Source of the DNA: Octopus bimaculoides
Taxonomy: Eukaryota
DNA: 35,863 nucleotides
Direction: 5' to 3'
Assembly (NCBI RefSeq): GCF_001194135.2
Contig: NC_068984.1
Span: forward strand, 12,069,132-12,104,994
How positions within the stretch are numbered: position 1 is the stretch's first letter; each line of letters begins with the position of its first letter. A program made the position numbers and the translations under genes. Below, one piece after another: positions 1 through 10,225 of this stretch. Under the pieces are notes generated by a model. That model was not told where the DNA came from. It made no database searches and saw only the letters and a list, made by a program, of their open reading frames with translations.

Positions 1-320
1 CCAAACTGCATCTCATCTAAATTGATTCGCTCCCTAATTAGTTGGGCTATGACCCTCTCCGTAACTTTCATAACCTGATCTAACAGCTTGATGCCTCTGT
101 AATTATTTGTATCTAAAGCGTCACCTTTACCTTTGTAGCAGTTGACTATGGTGCTGCTACACCAGTCATTGGGTATGACTCCTTCGTGTAACACCTGGTT
201 CGTAATACGGGTGACTAGGCTGTAGCCAACACTGCCAGATATTTTGAGCATCTCTGCAGTGATTCCTAATGGGCCGGAGGCTTTCCCTGTCTTCATACTC
301 TTAATTGCTTTATCTACCCT
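1..320 (-). mobile_element. RTE-clade (BovB/RTE-like) LINE, reverse transcriptase N-terminal fragment, runs off window edge
   Basis: Manual minus-strand translation is open: VDKAIKSMKTGKASGPLGITAEMLKISG...VIPNDWCSSTIVNCYKGKGDALDTNNYRGIKLLDQVMKVTERVIAQLIRERINLDEMQFG. It contains the KAxGPxGI, IPxDW, YKGKGD, NYRGIxLL and QFG motifs of RTE RT domains 0-2. Confidence 0.9.
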
Positions 321-329
321 GGTACGATA

Positions 330-551
330 TTGGTTTCAAATTTTGGCACAAGGCCAGAAATTCCAGTGGTGGGAGTAAGTCAATTATATCAACCCCAATT
401 TTCAACTAGTATTTATTTCACTGATCCCCCAAAAGGACGAAAGGCAAATGTTGACCTTAAGAGAATCTGAACTCGGAACATTAATTTGGAAGAAATGCCA
501 CTAAGAGTCTTTTGTTTTGGTGCAGTTGCAATTCTGCTAGTTCACTGCCTT
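330..551 (-). mobile_element. tRNA-derived SINE with Nin/Deu-like core, decayed
   Basis: Homologous to the copies at 18916, 28291 and 31771 (GGCACAAGGCC...CCCCxAAAGGAxGAAAGGCAAAxTxGACC...GAACTC). The core resembles the Nin/Deu SINE domain (from memory). Confidence 0.7.
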
Positions 552-1066
552 CATATATTAAATTTCATCTTCCTTCATTATGAGTAGAAATGCTGACTTT
601 ACTTACAGACACAGTTGATAAAACAAGTACTAAGCACGTACTGGGATTTAAGTCAATCAACTATGCCTCTCCTCTATAATTTTGTAGCCTTGTGAAAAAA
701 AATCAATGGATTTAACATATATTTTTAGTAATACTTTTTACTGCTATTTGAAGCTGCTGTATTTTTTTTTTTTTTTAGAGCAGAAATTTCCAGACATTTT
801 TAATCCACCTCTTCATTTCATCCCCAGTTTTAACCCATTGCTTTTCTGTGATACATAGGATATGTTTGTAACACTTTTATTTGTCCTTATGAAAGGAATG
901 CTTTATATTACTTATAAAGTACAAGACAAAGGTAACTAAAGTCTCAAAAAAAAGCATGGATATTTGGGACAAACTTATGAAGAGGCTTTCGAAAGGCAAT
1001 GGGTTACCTACTCTACAACATTATCCAGAAGAGAGAATTCCATGACACTATAGAACAGGAAGTGTT

Positions 1067-1208
1067 TCAGAGAACCAGGGGTGGTATCAGATGGATTGCT
1101 ATTAAAGGAGGGGGGGGGGTAGTATCTTGCTTGAAAAACAAGTAGGGGTTGGTGACAGGAAGGGCATCCAGCTGTGGAAAATCTGCCTCAGTAAATTCCA
1201 TCTGATCC
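1067..1208 (+). mobile_element. SINE/LINE-tail repeat with V-like domain (GGTTGGTGACAGGAAGGGCATCCAGCTGT), 3'-truncated
   Basis: About 90% identical inverted copy at 1740-1881. Related segments at 21985-22110 and 26670-26920. Confidence 0.6.
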
Positions 1209-1210
1209 CA

Positions 1211-1481
1211 AAGTGGTTCCCAAAGTGGGCAGTATTCCCCTCCCCTCTGGGGACGGTGGAAAGTTCCAAGGAGACATTGAAGAAAAGTGGAGCAATAATG
1301 GGGTAGCAATTCATGTAAAAAGTGGGGTAATAATGGGGTGGTGATTCATGTAAAATCAACAAAATAATGGGTTTGTTAGGTTAAGTTTTTATTTGTGAAA
1401 TACAGTTGCTTTGAATTTGCTTCAGAAATAGGTCTATGTTTGTGATGGCTAGTTGGGGTGGGGGAAGTTTGAGAACCACTG
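1211..1481. mobile_element. hAT (Charlie-like) MITE
   Basis: Termini (A)AGTGGTTCCCAAAGT...AAGTTTGAGAACCACTG match the CAGTGGTTCYCAAA hAT TIR type, and there is an internal ~35-bp tandem duplication. No clean 8-bp TSD is seen. Confidence 0.5.
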
Positions 1482-1675
1482 CTAGAGAAGATAACAAGAC
1501 AGGAAGTTTTAAAGGAGTAATAAACTCAATCAATGTCTCATTAAAAATGTCTTAGCACATATAACATCCTTGATTATTCCCTGGGGTGGAAATAGCACCT
1601 GTTTTGTTAGCATCATATTTCAATGTAGTTATATTTAAAACAACTTAGAACATTAATCCATTAATCCAAACCATC

Positions 1676-1881
1676 ACCACCACCACCACCACCATCGTTG
1701 TCATCACAGTGTTTAACATTCACTTTTCTATGTTTGCACGGATCAGATGGAATTTACAGAGGCAGATTTTCCACAGCTGGATACCCTTCCTGTCACCAAC
1801 CCCTACTTGTTTTCCAAGCAAGATACTACCCCACCCCCTTTAATAGCAATTCATCTGATACCCCCGCCTTGGTTCTCTGAT
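1676..1881 (-). mobile_element. Second copy of the V-like-domain repeat, with (GAT/GGT)n tail
   Basis: Reverse complement of 1067-1208 plus the 3' end and a CAC/CAT-repeat tail at 1676-1700. Confidence 0.65.
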
Positions 1882-2139
1882 CTAAATTAAAACCTTTTAT
1901 AAAAATTTTATATTAATTTGTTCCAAACACTTACTCAATAATGACCAAGTTATTTTAATATATTCTGAATAATTTTAAAAACTGAAATAAAAGCTGTATT
2001 TTTTCATAGAAATATGGGTGAATCCCTCAAGGGTGAATGGGTGAATCCCGCAAAAGTTATAAATGCTAGACCTCACAATTTCTGTTGATTTTTCCTTGTA
2101 ACTCCATGTACAAAACGCATCAAAAAGACTAACCTACCT

Positions 2140-2400
2140 CTTCAGGTTAGAAAATACTTCAGCCCTGACCAATTGCTGATGTTGCACAAGGCTCAAATAA
2201 GACCCACAATGAAATACTGTTCCCATGTCTGTGACAATGATGATGCAACACACACTAACATACTGAACTGCATTCAATAGAAGATTGTATAATTGATTAG
2301 TAGATTCACTTAGCAACATGCTACATCTGGCTTTCAGATTTTCTGTTGCCTCACTGCTGATTCTACAACAGTAACTGCCCTACTGAACTAACAGCATACC
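2140..2400 (+). mobile_element. CR1/L2-group LINE RT C-terminal relic
   Basis: With frameshifts it translates to LFRLxKYFSPDQLLMLHKAQIRPTMKYCSHVC...ILNCIQ*KIV*LI...SVASL, matching the conserved LxLYKAQIRPxLEYCSHVW...LDxIQxRAxRLI...VASL region. Confidence 0.7.
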
Positions 2401-3239
2401 TTCCACATAGGCACGCCCATCTCTCTTTCCTCATTCATTGCTGCTGTGCCACTAAGCTCTACCCCAGCCCACATTAACCACTTCATAATGGCATGTAAAG
2501 GCTCCCTTGTCAGCTTGATTTCATACAATATGGTTTTAAAATATGTAGGAAACGTAGTTGCAGTAACATTACCACCTGGTCCTTAGAGTGCCATTAATAT
2601 TCAGACCACGTCTCTGATCTGAGTATTACCCCAAACCCCTCAGTTACACATCTTTAGAAGTCCTGAAAAAGGGTTATAGACACTACCTTTTCATATCTCT
2701 TTGAACAACAACAACAACAAAAAATGCTTTTATTAAATCTTGACAGCGACTGAAGTATTTTCCTTCACCTACATCTGGTCAAGTGGTATCTGCGATTTTC
2801 TCCTGAACGTTTTCATTTTCAACAATTTAAAGCTTTCTGTTAGTAGTTCATGAATCGGCAATATTTGTCCTGACCCACCGTTTACTGCGTTCAAGTCCTG
2901 TTCACGTTAAACCTTTCCTTTTACAGTCGATAAAAATGTACCAACTTGGCATGATGATTGATAGAATTGCAAGAAAGTCGAGCTGGATGCTTACTTGAGT
3001 GGCAGACTTAATCTGTTGCTTGGCACAACACCACTAGCTAGCACTTTAGATGCATTTAACAGAGTTCACTCTGTTGCAAACATTCGTACCAGATACCTTC
3101 CTCCCATTAACTTCGGACATCATGTAATGCTTCATGGGCATTGCTTACAAAAAAAAAAGGCAGAGACAGTACTGAATGCAGATAAAGATCGTGACTGAAT
3201 GAAAGTTTTTATTTAGATTTGTGGGATTAAAAATCTAAA

Positions 3240-4580
3240 TTCTTTGAACAGTATTTTGTTTCACGAGCAAGGCAGAGTGAGGCAGATTACGTTTCTTCAC
3301 CACCTTAGGGCAATATGGTGATGTCTGTTTAAAAATATAAACTCGCTCGTGGAGTCAAGTAGCTTAACCACAACTGCTGTGAAATACTTCAGCTTCAGCA
3401 GTTATTATAGCTTAAAAAAAAATGTTTGCTAATAGATCAATGTCAAGAGCTTCTTTTATCAGAATCTATATTTTGTTTTGTTTTATTTAAAGGTGTGAAA
3501 GTGATGAAATATCAAACATGCACAGCCAACAGCCTGCATTCGAAATAACGCGTGACTTTTACACATTTCCTCGTGGAGGAATTAACTTAAAACCAATAAT
3601 ACAACAAATATATACACTAATACTGACTTGGACACGTACACACGCCCGCATCCGAGGACAGCTGTAAATAAATCGTAATTACACATCACAGTGTTGTTTA
3701 GTCAACCTCTGACTAGCAAAGCCAGCAAGCAGGCAGATTACGGAACAACGATTTTTTCCCTTTCTAAAATGCTTTGTCTCCATTAGCTTTCTCTCGCCTC
3801 TTTGTCTTGACATTGGAGAAATCACTGCTTCATCCCACCTCTCCAACACTTTACAGCATTGCCATACACACCGACAGGCGTTCCAAAATCTGCTCAGCTC
3901 CTTAGTTCCCTTTCCACTATTTCGCAGTCAAACAATGCTTTTTAAAGCAGCCAGATTTCATCACATATAAGAGAGAGTTCCATGTCTGTCAATATCAGCA
4001 CACACGACTCTCCTTCAAACTGATGTAGCTGCCCTATCAAACCATACGTATTTTATAATAAAGCATTGAAATTGTGACATGACCAGATTTTAACACACAC
4101 ACAGTAAAAAATGGCGGCCATTCGTGAAATTTAACGACAAACGCTTAAACCACACACACACACAGACACACAGTCACAGATTATTTTGTCACATTATTTA
4201 TTTTGTTACAGCTCCTGTCACAGTTATCAGTAGATTAGAGAACTTAAATCTGCGTCTGAAGTATTAGTGAACACTCAACTATAGCTTTGAATTAAGACTA
4301 ACAACCCAGTTTTCTACACGTTACACAATAAACTAATTACGAACGACAGCCATTTTATAAATGGAGTCTGGCAGTCACGAAAGCTGCCATAATAAAATCG
4401 ATATTCTCCAATTCCTCCATGCTTATTTTCTTTGACTATATTTCTTATCAGCATTTTTGATGCTTACACGAACTTAATCATGACCTTGTTGTTTTATAAT
4501 ATAAACGTTTCGTTTATCCTTTATTGTTTGTTGATAAATTATATATTAATAATGTTGCTAATTTTTTCTTCGGTTCATAT
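3240..4580. promoter_or_regulatory. CpG-retaining, TE-free segment; putative promoter/5' region with YY1 motif
   Basis: Hand count gives ~35 CpG in 3241-4580 versus ~4 in 33961-35220. There is a YY1-type AAAATGGCGGC at 4108-4118 and no recognisable repeats. Confidence 0.4.
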
Positions 4581-4589
4581 TGATTTCTC

Positions 4590-4740
4590 ACATTAGCACA
4601 AGGCCACGGGTTTGAAGGGGAGTAGGAAGGAAGTTTAATCAATTGAATTGACCCAAATACATGGAGCATTAGAACTGTACGAAAGGATGAAGTGAAACAT
4701 ATGGCATTTAACGTGCTAACATTGCTACGGTCAGACCACT
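4590..4740 (-). mobile_element. Highly decayed Nin/Deu-like SINE
   Basis: Retains GCACAAGGCC, GAAAGGATGAA and GTGCTAAC landmarks in the same order as the intact copies. Confidence 0.45.
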
Positions 4741-5248
4741 TTGATAAACAAAAAAAAAAAAAAATTGAATTGATATAAATATTGGTTTCTTTTCTCAGGA
4801 CACAATGGCATTGTATTTTACAAAGAAGCAGAATTGGAAAATGTGATGTTCTTGTTTATTCCTATTAGTATAAGTGAAGTATAAGTGAAGTGAAATAACT
4901 TCAAGCAGCAAATGAAACTACATGAGATTATCAGTTTTTAGAGATCTTTCTTTTGCTTTAGGACATTTTACTTTTGGTGACAAGCATTATGAGAACCTGC
5001 TGAGGTGAGTCTATAAATGAGTTTTTGTCACTGGGTAGTATTTCATACCTTCCATCTCTAAAGCATTTATTTAAGGGGCACAAATGCTGCAACTTTTCTT
5101 TTCCTTTCTCTAAAATCTTCACTCTACAGGATATCCAGGCTAAATATGATAGTTTGCATAAAAGGAAAAGAAAACATTCCATCCAAAGATAAAAGTATTT
5201 TTAAAAAATCCAAAACTATCAACTAGATTATGGCTGTGAGATAACAGC

Positions 5249-6100
5249 TTACTTGGAGTAGCCACCTTCAGCTTACACAACAACTTAATATGACCCTGGA
5301 ACCTGGCATATACATTCCTCACTGTGTCCTGGGAAGATCTTCAAACATTTCTTTGATCTTGGCCACGAGCTCAGCCTTTGTGTTGCAGGCAGAGTTGGTG
5401 GTGTCTTTCTCAACTGCCAGGGGAATTAGGAAGCCAGAAATTGGGACTAGTAAAGCTGTTGAAATTCTCTGAAAACCATTTCTGACTCATTCTGGAGGTA
5501 TGGTAAGGAACTGAATCCTTGCTGCCACGTATATGATCTTTCAGCAGCAATCCTCTCCAGCCAAGGTTTGACCATAATCTCCAGCAGATTCACATAGCCC
5601 TCTGGATTGAGCCAAAAACCCTGTTCGAAGATGTGCAGCAGCATGATGTCATCCTCACTGGAGACGCTCCCAAAGACCATCACAGCTTGGATGAACATCA
5701 TTTTCATGATACATGGGACATCACATGGATTGTAGGCAAGCCATCTTGTTCGGAGTGTTGTGCAACTAATCCTGTTCTTTTCATCTGAGAAGAACCAGAC
5801 CATCCCCAGCTTAACAGGATGTCTCAGGTTCTCCAAGAGCTTCTTTGCCTTTGTCAAGCAGATCTCCTTGGCCTTGGCTGTCAGAATTTGTCCCTTGTAC
5901 ATCTTATACAAGTGGTAGCAAAGGTCCTCATACATGGTTGGCTTCATGGTAACAGCTCCAACACCCGTCTGGCCTGGATTCTCTTGTTTGGATCTTCTAT
6001 CATCCTATTCCTGCAATTGTTGGATGAATTCTGGCAAATAGATGCAGTCAAAATGCCTGCTGGCCACAACTGCATAGTTGACTATTGCATCCTACCTTTT
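5249..6100 (-). pseudogene. Tc1/mariner superfamily, maT (DD37D)-like transposase relic
   Basis: ORF 5447-5947 plus flanking frames give HTH PEFIQQLQE...EDLCYHLYKM, FFSDEK (first D), VMVFGSVSSEDD, VKPWLERIAAERSYTWQQ(G), FWLPNSP (WPPNSPD-like) and C-terminal AEGGY. Stops, frameshifts and a deletion are present. Confidence 0.85.
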
Positions 6101-7502
6101 GTTCAAATATTTCCTCAATAGTGTCCCCACTCCTAGTCTATAGTCAGTTCGCAGACAAATGCCAAAAATATAGCGCACATACCTGGTATTTAGTAATATA
6201 TCTCATCAGAGCAGTCTAAAGCACTGGTTACAAAATCAACATAGCCGTCTATGTCACATCTTACAGCCTTTACAGTGTTCATACAGTATTGAGCAACAGT
6301 CATGATATTGCATTCTGATACTCGGCATGAATCATCATGATAAAGGTAACCTTTTTTCAAGTATTCAGACAGCTTTCAGTCTTTTGTGTTAGCTAACTTT
6401 TTCTCAGCTGCAACTTTAATTTTTATGCTTTCTAACGTTGTTGACTGCTTACCAAAACATCAAGCTGTTCCAGAAAAAAAGGAGACATAAAAATTGCCTA
6501 ATTTAGCTCAAACACCTTGTACTTTAATTTAGTTGAACAAGACACTTTACTCATATTTTCAGCAATTTAGTCATGAAAGAGAGGCAGAACCCATGACTTT
6601 AGCAACCTCTCTAAGACTGATGAAAGTGAATAGGAAATCAAGTCCAAGAATTTGTGATAATTCTACATTAAATGCAAGGCTTGTTTGGAAGTAGCTGATA
6701 TAAGAAGAGGGTCCAAAGCTTTTGAAAACTATTCAGGTTGTTCCACTTGTCTGATGGGCATTGCCTTGATTTCCTTACTGTACCAATGCAGACTTGGACA
6801 AAATTTCATTTGTTATCCGGGTCATACTTAGAGTGTACACCAGGTGAGCCAGTAGGCTTAGTGTGAGCTGTCCACAATCATGTCTTCAGACAAGACTACA
6901 AATTTGTGATCTATACAGTTAACTTAGACAAAATCAAGAGACAGGGACCTGATTACCTGAATGCATTTTTCTCAGCTTGAAAAGTTTTCAGGGACTGGAT
7001 GATGATGGATTAGTAAATTAGTGGGAATTGACAGGGACCGTCATCAACAACTAGTGGTGGGTCTGGCTAAAGAGAGAACTTAAGCAACAGCTGTTAGCTT
7101 AAGCAAAGGAGTGATAGAAAACAGTAGAAGAGGAGCTAGTCAGTTAAATAAAAGAGATGCATAGAAGAAGTACTGCAAATAATGTGCTGCTAGTGACAAG
7201 AACGCTCCTTAACCATTTCTTTGACATGAAACACAAAGGATATATGGTTTGTCTTTGAGTGCATACTCTGAAACCTGAGGACATTGAAGGACACTCAGCA
7301 TGGTAATGAAGATATATTTTTGATTTGTAATAGACTGCAGTGGAGATACACTATGTCATTCCATGCAGATGTGTGTTGTTTTCCAACAGTCTCTTGTCAA
7401 ACTATTCCTGAGGAGTAATGGAGTGAAGACATTGAATTTTGATGCCTTCCTCAATGATCTACTGAAACTTTTGAATGAAGATGCAGAGTGCTGGAAAAGG
7501 TC

Positions 7503-8491
7503 TGTAGCAAAGCTTCTCTCCACTCTCAGTTATATATATATGAATGTGGACATAACAGATAACATCTAGCTTTCAGCCGCATCTTTGGACCCTGTTGTGT
7601 CCACCACTCTGATTGGTTGGTATTAGCGCATTTTTGTCTCTTGTTCTATTTCGCGCCGGGGTGCAAACCAACCAATCATAGCCTTCTGATAAGGTCACGT
7701 GGAACAGTTTTCTGAACCCCTGTTTGAGCTGATTATTTCTCTTAAATAGCTTGCTTGTCTGCGCTAAAGTTTGTCGTGACTTTAGACCTTCTGAAGTCTA
7801 GCCGCTGACCACAGAGCACCAGCCAGTTCCAGTGACGACACACCACCGTTCAACACCTTGCTGCAAACTCCATCTTCGACGCCACCATCAGCGTCTTTGT
7901 CGCCAGCGTCTACACCAACATCTCAACGTACACACCAAACCACGAACAGCAACCGCACAGGTTCTCTCAACACTGTTTGTGTGAATTGCTTCACTACGAA
8001 TAACAGCGAGACCTCTGTACCAAGTAACCGGTTGCAGCATCGTAGCCCCAACTTCTCTGGCTCTGCTATACGGCCACGACTTCTTGTACAGCACCTCTAC
8101 TACTGTGTACCTTAGCTACGAACTGGTATTTCTAATCCTTGTGTCTGGACTTTTAACGTCCTTATTTATAGACTGTTTTCTATGCTCTGTATCTCTTGCA
8201 TTCACATACACATACTTGTATACACACACTCTCTTTGTTTACACGACGGCCTGTCTTATATTATGTTTTATTATGTCGCATTCACACTCATACAGACATT
8301 CTAGTTGACTACCAATAAACCAATAAACCCTTATTTTTATACCTTTTTACTGGTTGAGTCTCTCTCTTTTCTTGTTGGCACTTAACTCTTTTACCTCATT
8401 CCATCTTTTGTTTTTTATATTTGTGCCAACCGTGCGATGCGCTAAAGGAGCCATTCCTTTGTCACCATCTCTTGGTCGCAAAGTCGCTACA
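7503..8491 (+). mobile_element. Solo LTR (Ty3/Gypsy-type), 989 bp
   Basis: Termini TGTAGC...GCTACA form a 6-bp inverted repeat with TG..CA ends. Perfect 4-bp TSD GGTC at 7499-7502 and 8492-8495. Internal CCAAT boxes, CACGTG, a TATA-like CTTAAATAG and doubled AATAAA at ~8314-8327. CpG-rich relative to the flanks. Confidence 0.85.
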
Positions 8492-8918
8492 GGTCCATAT
8501 CAGCAGACAAGTTAAGTTATAAGGAGCATTTGCTACTCAGAAAAATGCAAAGTACAGAAGTATCGATGACAGTTCGAAACCAACAAGACTGGGGAGCTCA
8601 GTGTCAAGAATAGTGGTGAAAAATCCCCAATGATCTATGCTTCATAGGGAGTGAAGGACTTTAGTAAAATTTCCTACATGCTATGACATATAGGATGAAT
8701 CTTGTTATTCACTGAATCGCTTATGGAGATTGACTTTCCACCTTTATTTTGTAAGGAAGAATGGCTTCGTCATCTTCCTACGCCTGGTAGTTATGGCAAA
8801 GGAAGTTGTGCAGCAGATATGGTTAAAAGACTTGAGGAAAGGGCTTTTCCTTTTTTAGCTAAGCCCTCATCAGCTTCTTCAAGTACTACTTGAAGAGAAA
8901 TGACATTGCCTTCCAGTG

Positions 8919-9491
8919 TACATGATCTGATCAATAAGTATCCGGACTGTTGCCATAGTAATGAAGCTAACGCACACAGAGTAAAGCTGCTTGGTACAGA
9001 TTAATCTTGAACTCTACTGTGCATGTGCACTAAGTTTTAACACTCTAGCTCACTTCCGCTGTTTACAGCAGTGCTTGGAGGGAAGGTGTGTAACGTGTGA
9101 TCATTGCAGTAACCATGACAGAAAGTTAAGCATAGAATCTGCATCAAATTTTGCCAAAATCTTGGTAATACCTGCTCAGAGGCCTATGCAAATTTTTCAT
9201 CATCCTTGATACAATCAAGGAGATCTTGTACAACTGAAACCCGAGTTTCTTTTTGGTCAGCTGAAAGTAGTTTTGGCACAAACTTGGCCGACTCATGTCT
9301 TATACCCAAATCTTCAGTGATAATGGACTGAACTGATCTGCTGATAACTCACGGATGGTAACTTGATGGTTTCCCCTCACAGCTGCATGCACATCTGCGA
9401 TGTTTTTCACAGTTCTGTTGGTTGCAGGTCTCCCAGAATGTTCTTCAATAAGGACATTTTTTCGGCCATCTTGGAAACGTCTGAACTGCTC
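8919..9491. mobile_element. Mariner (irritans-like) relic: left TIR and N-terminus on +, inverted HTH segment on -
   Basis: TA + CATGATCTGATCAATAAGTATCCGGACTG TIR. The + strand from ATG 9115 gives MTE.KHRICIKFCQNLGNTCSEAYA. The - strand 9491-9196 gives EQFRRFQDGRKNVLIEEHSGRPAT...VTIREL...EDLGIRHESAKFVPKLLSADQK. Confidence 0.85.
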
Positions 9492-9509
9492 ATTATTATT
9501 GTTATTATT

Positions 9510-9820
9510 AGTGTTGTCTTGTAAGCAAGTTTGTTGAAAGGTGGGTGAATGTTGGAAGAATGACCAGTGTGAAAGGACCAATTCTGAGCGTACACCTGTA
9601 AGAAAAAAAAGGAGACAGGCTCTTGCCCTGTTGTTCAGGCTCCCATGACTTTTGTGAGGTTTTCCATGAGGTCCTTAAAGTGCCTCCCCTGTTGAGAGTT
9701 TTAATTTGTTTAATTTTAATTGCTATTTATAATGTTTACACATTGTAAAACCCCTTGCATCATCCTGTTTTTGTCTTTTAATGTAATTTTATGTGAGCCC
9801 TTGTGGCTAATAAAAGAATG
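9510..9820 (+). mobile_element. 3' end of a LINE (L1/Tx1-like), 5'-truncated
   Basis: Homologous inverted copy at 12479-12829. Encodes a ..KFVERWVNVGRMxSVKGPILS..* C-terminus followed by a T-rich 3' UTR and AATAAAA. Clade assignment is from memory. Confidence 0.55.
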
Positions 9821-9827
9821 AATTATT

Positions 9828-9914
<87 letters not shown>

Positions 9915-10002
9915 TAGTTTTATTTTTATAGCGTACTTTCACTTCACTACTGAGCGCAGCTCTGTGTGCCTTGGGTACGTGCTGTGGTTTGCTGTGATGC
10001 TC

Positions 10003-10060
<58 letters not shown>
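9821..10060. repeat. Compound (TTG)n/(TTA)n microsatellite interrupted by a 93-bp insert
   Basis: Direct reading. It is the source of the poly-L/poly-N ORFs. Confidence 0.95.
9911..10003 (-). mobile_element. Putative 3' UTR end of a Dong/R4-like LINE inside (TAA)n
   Basis: Unique 93-bp segment flanked on both sides by (TTA)n and ending AAAATAAAACTACTGAATAAT on the minus strand. It resembles a recalled octopus R4/Dong 3' UTR; no coding motif is present to confirm this. Confidence 0.4.
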
Positions 10061-10062
10061 TG

Positions 10063-10160
10063 ACACAGTGAGCTGGCAGAATCATTAACATGCCTGGCAA
10101 AATGCTTAGTGGCACTTTGTCCATCTTCACGTTCTGAGTTCAAATTCTGTTGAGGTTGGT
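10063..10160 (+). mobile_element. tRNA-derived SINE head (Nin/Deu-like family), 3'-truncated
   Basis: GAGCTGGCAGAA (A-box region)...GTTCTGAGTTCAAATTC (B-box region), homologous to the 18916 and 31771 copies. Confidence 0.7.
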
Positions 10161-10186
10161 TTTTATCTTCCTTGTCATCGTCGTTG

Positions 10187-10225
<39 letters not shown>

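Noticed and set aside
2995-3198. 67-aa ORF in unique sequence near the CpG island
   Set aside because: Non-ATG start, no recognisable motif and no convincing splice context.
6183-6215. Minus-strand 33-nt micro-exon candidate TALMRYITKYQ with CAG|GTATGT donor
   Set aside because: No supporting neighbouring exons or recognisable homology; such sites arise by chance.
6200-8900. Possible very old APE-type LINE on the minus strand (IIGDFS at ~8634-8617; DIDGYVDFVTS at ~6260-6225)
   Set aside because: Only isolated weak motifs among many stops. It needs a profile-HMM or tBLASTx search, so it is not called.
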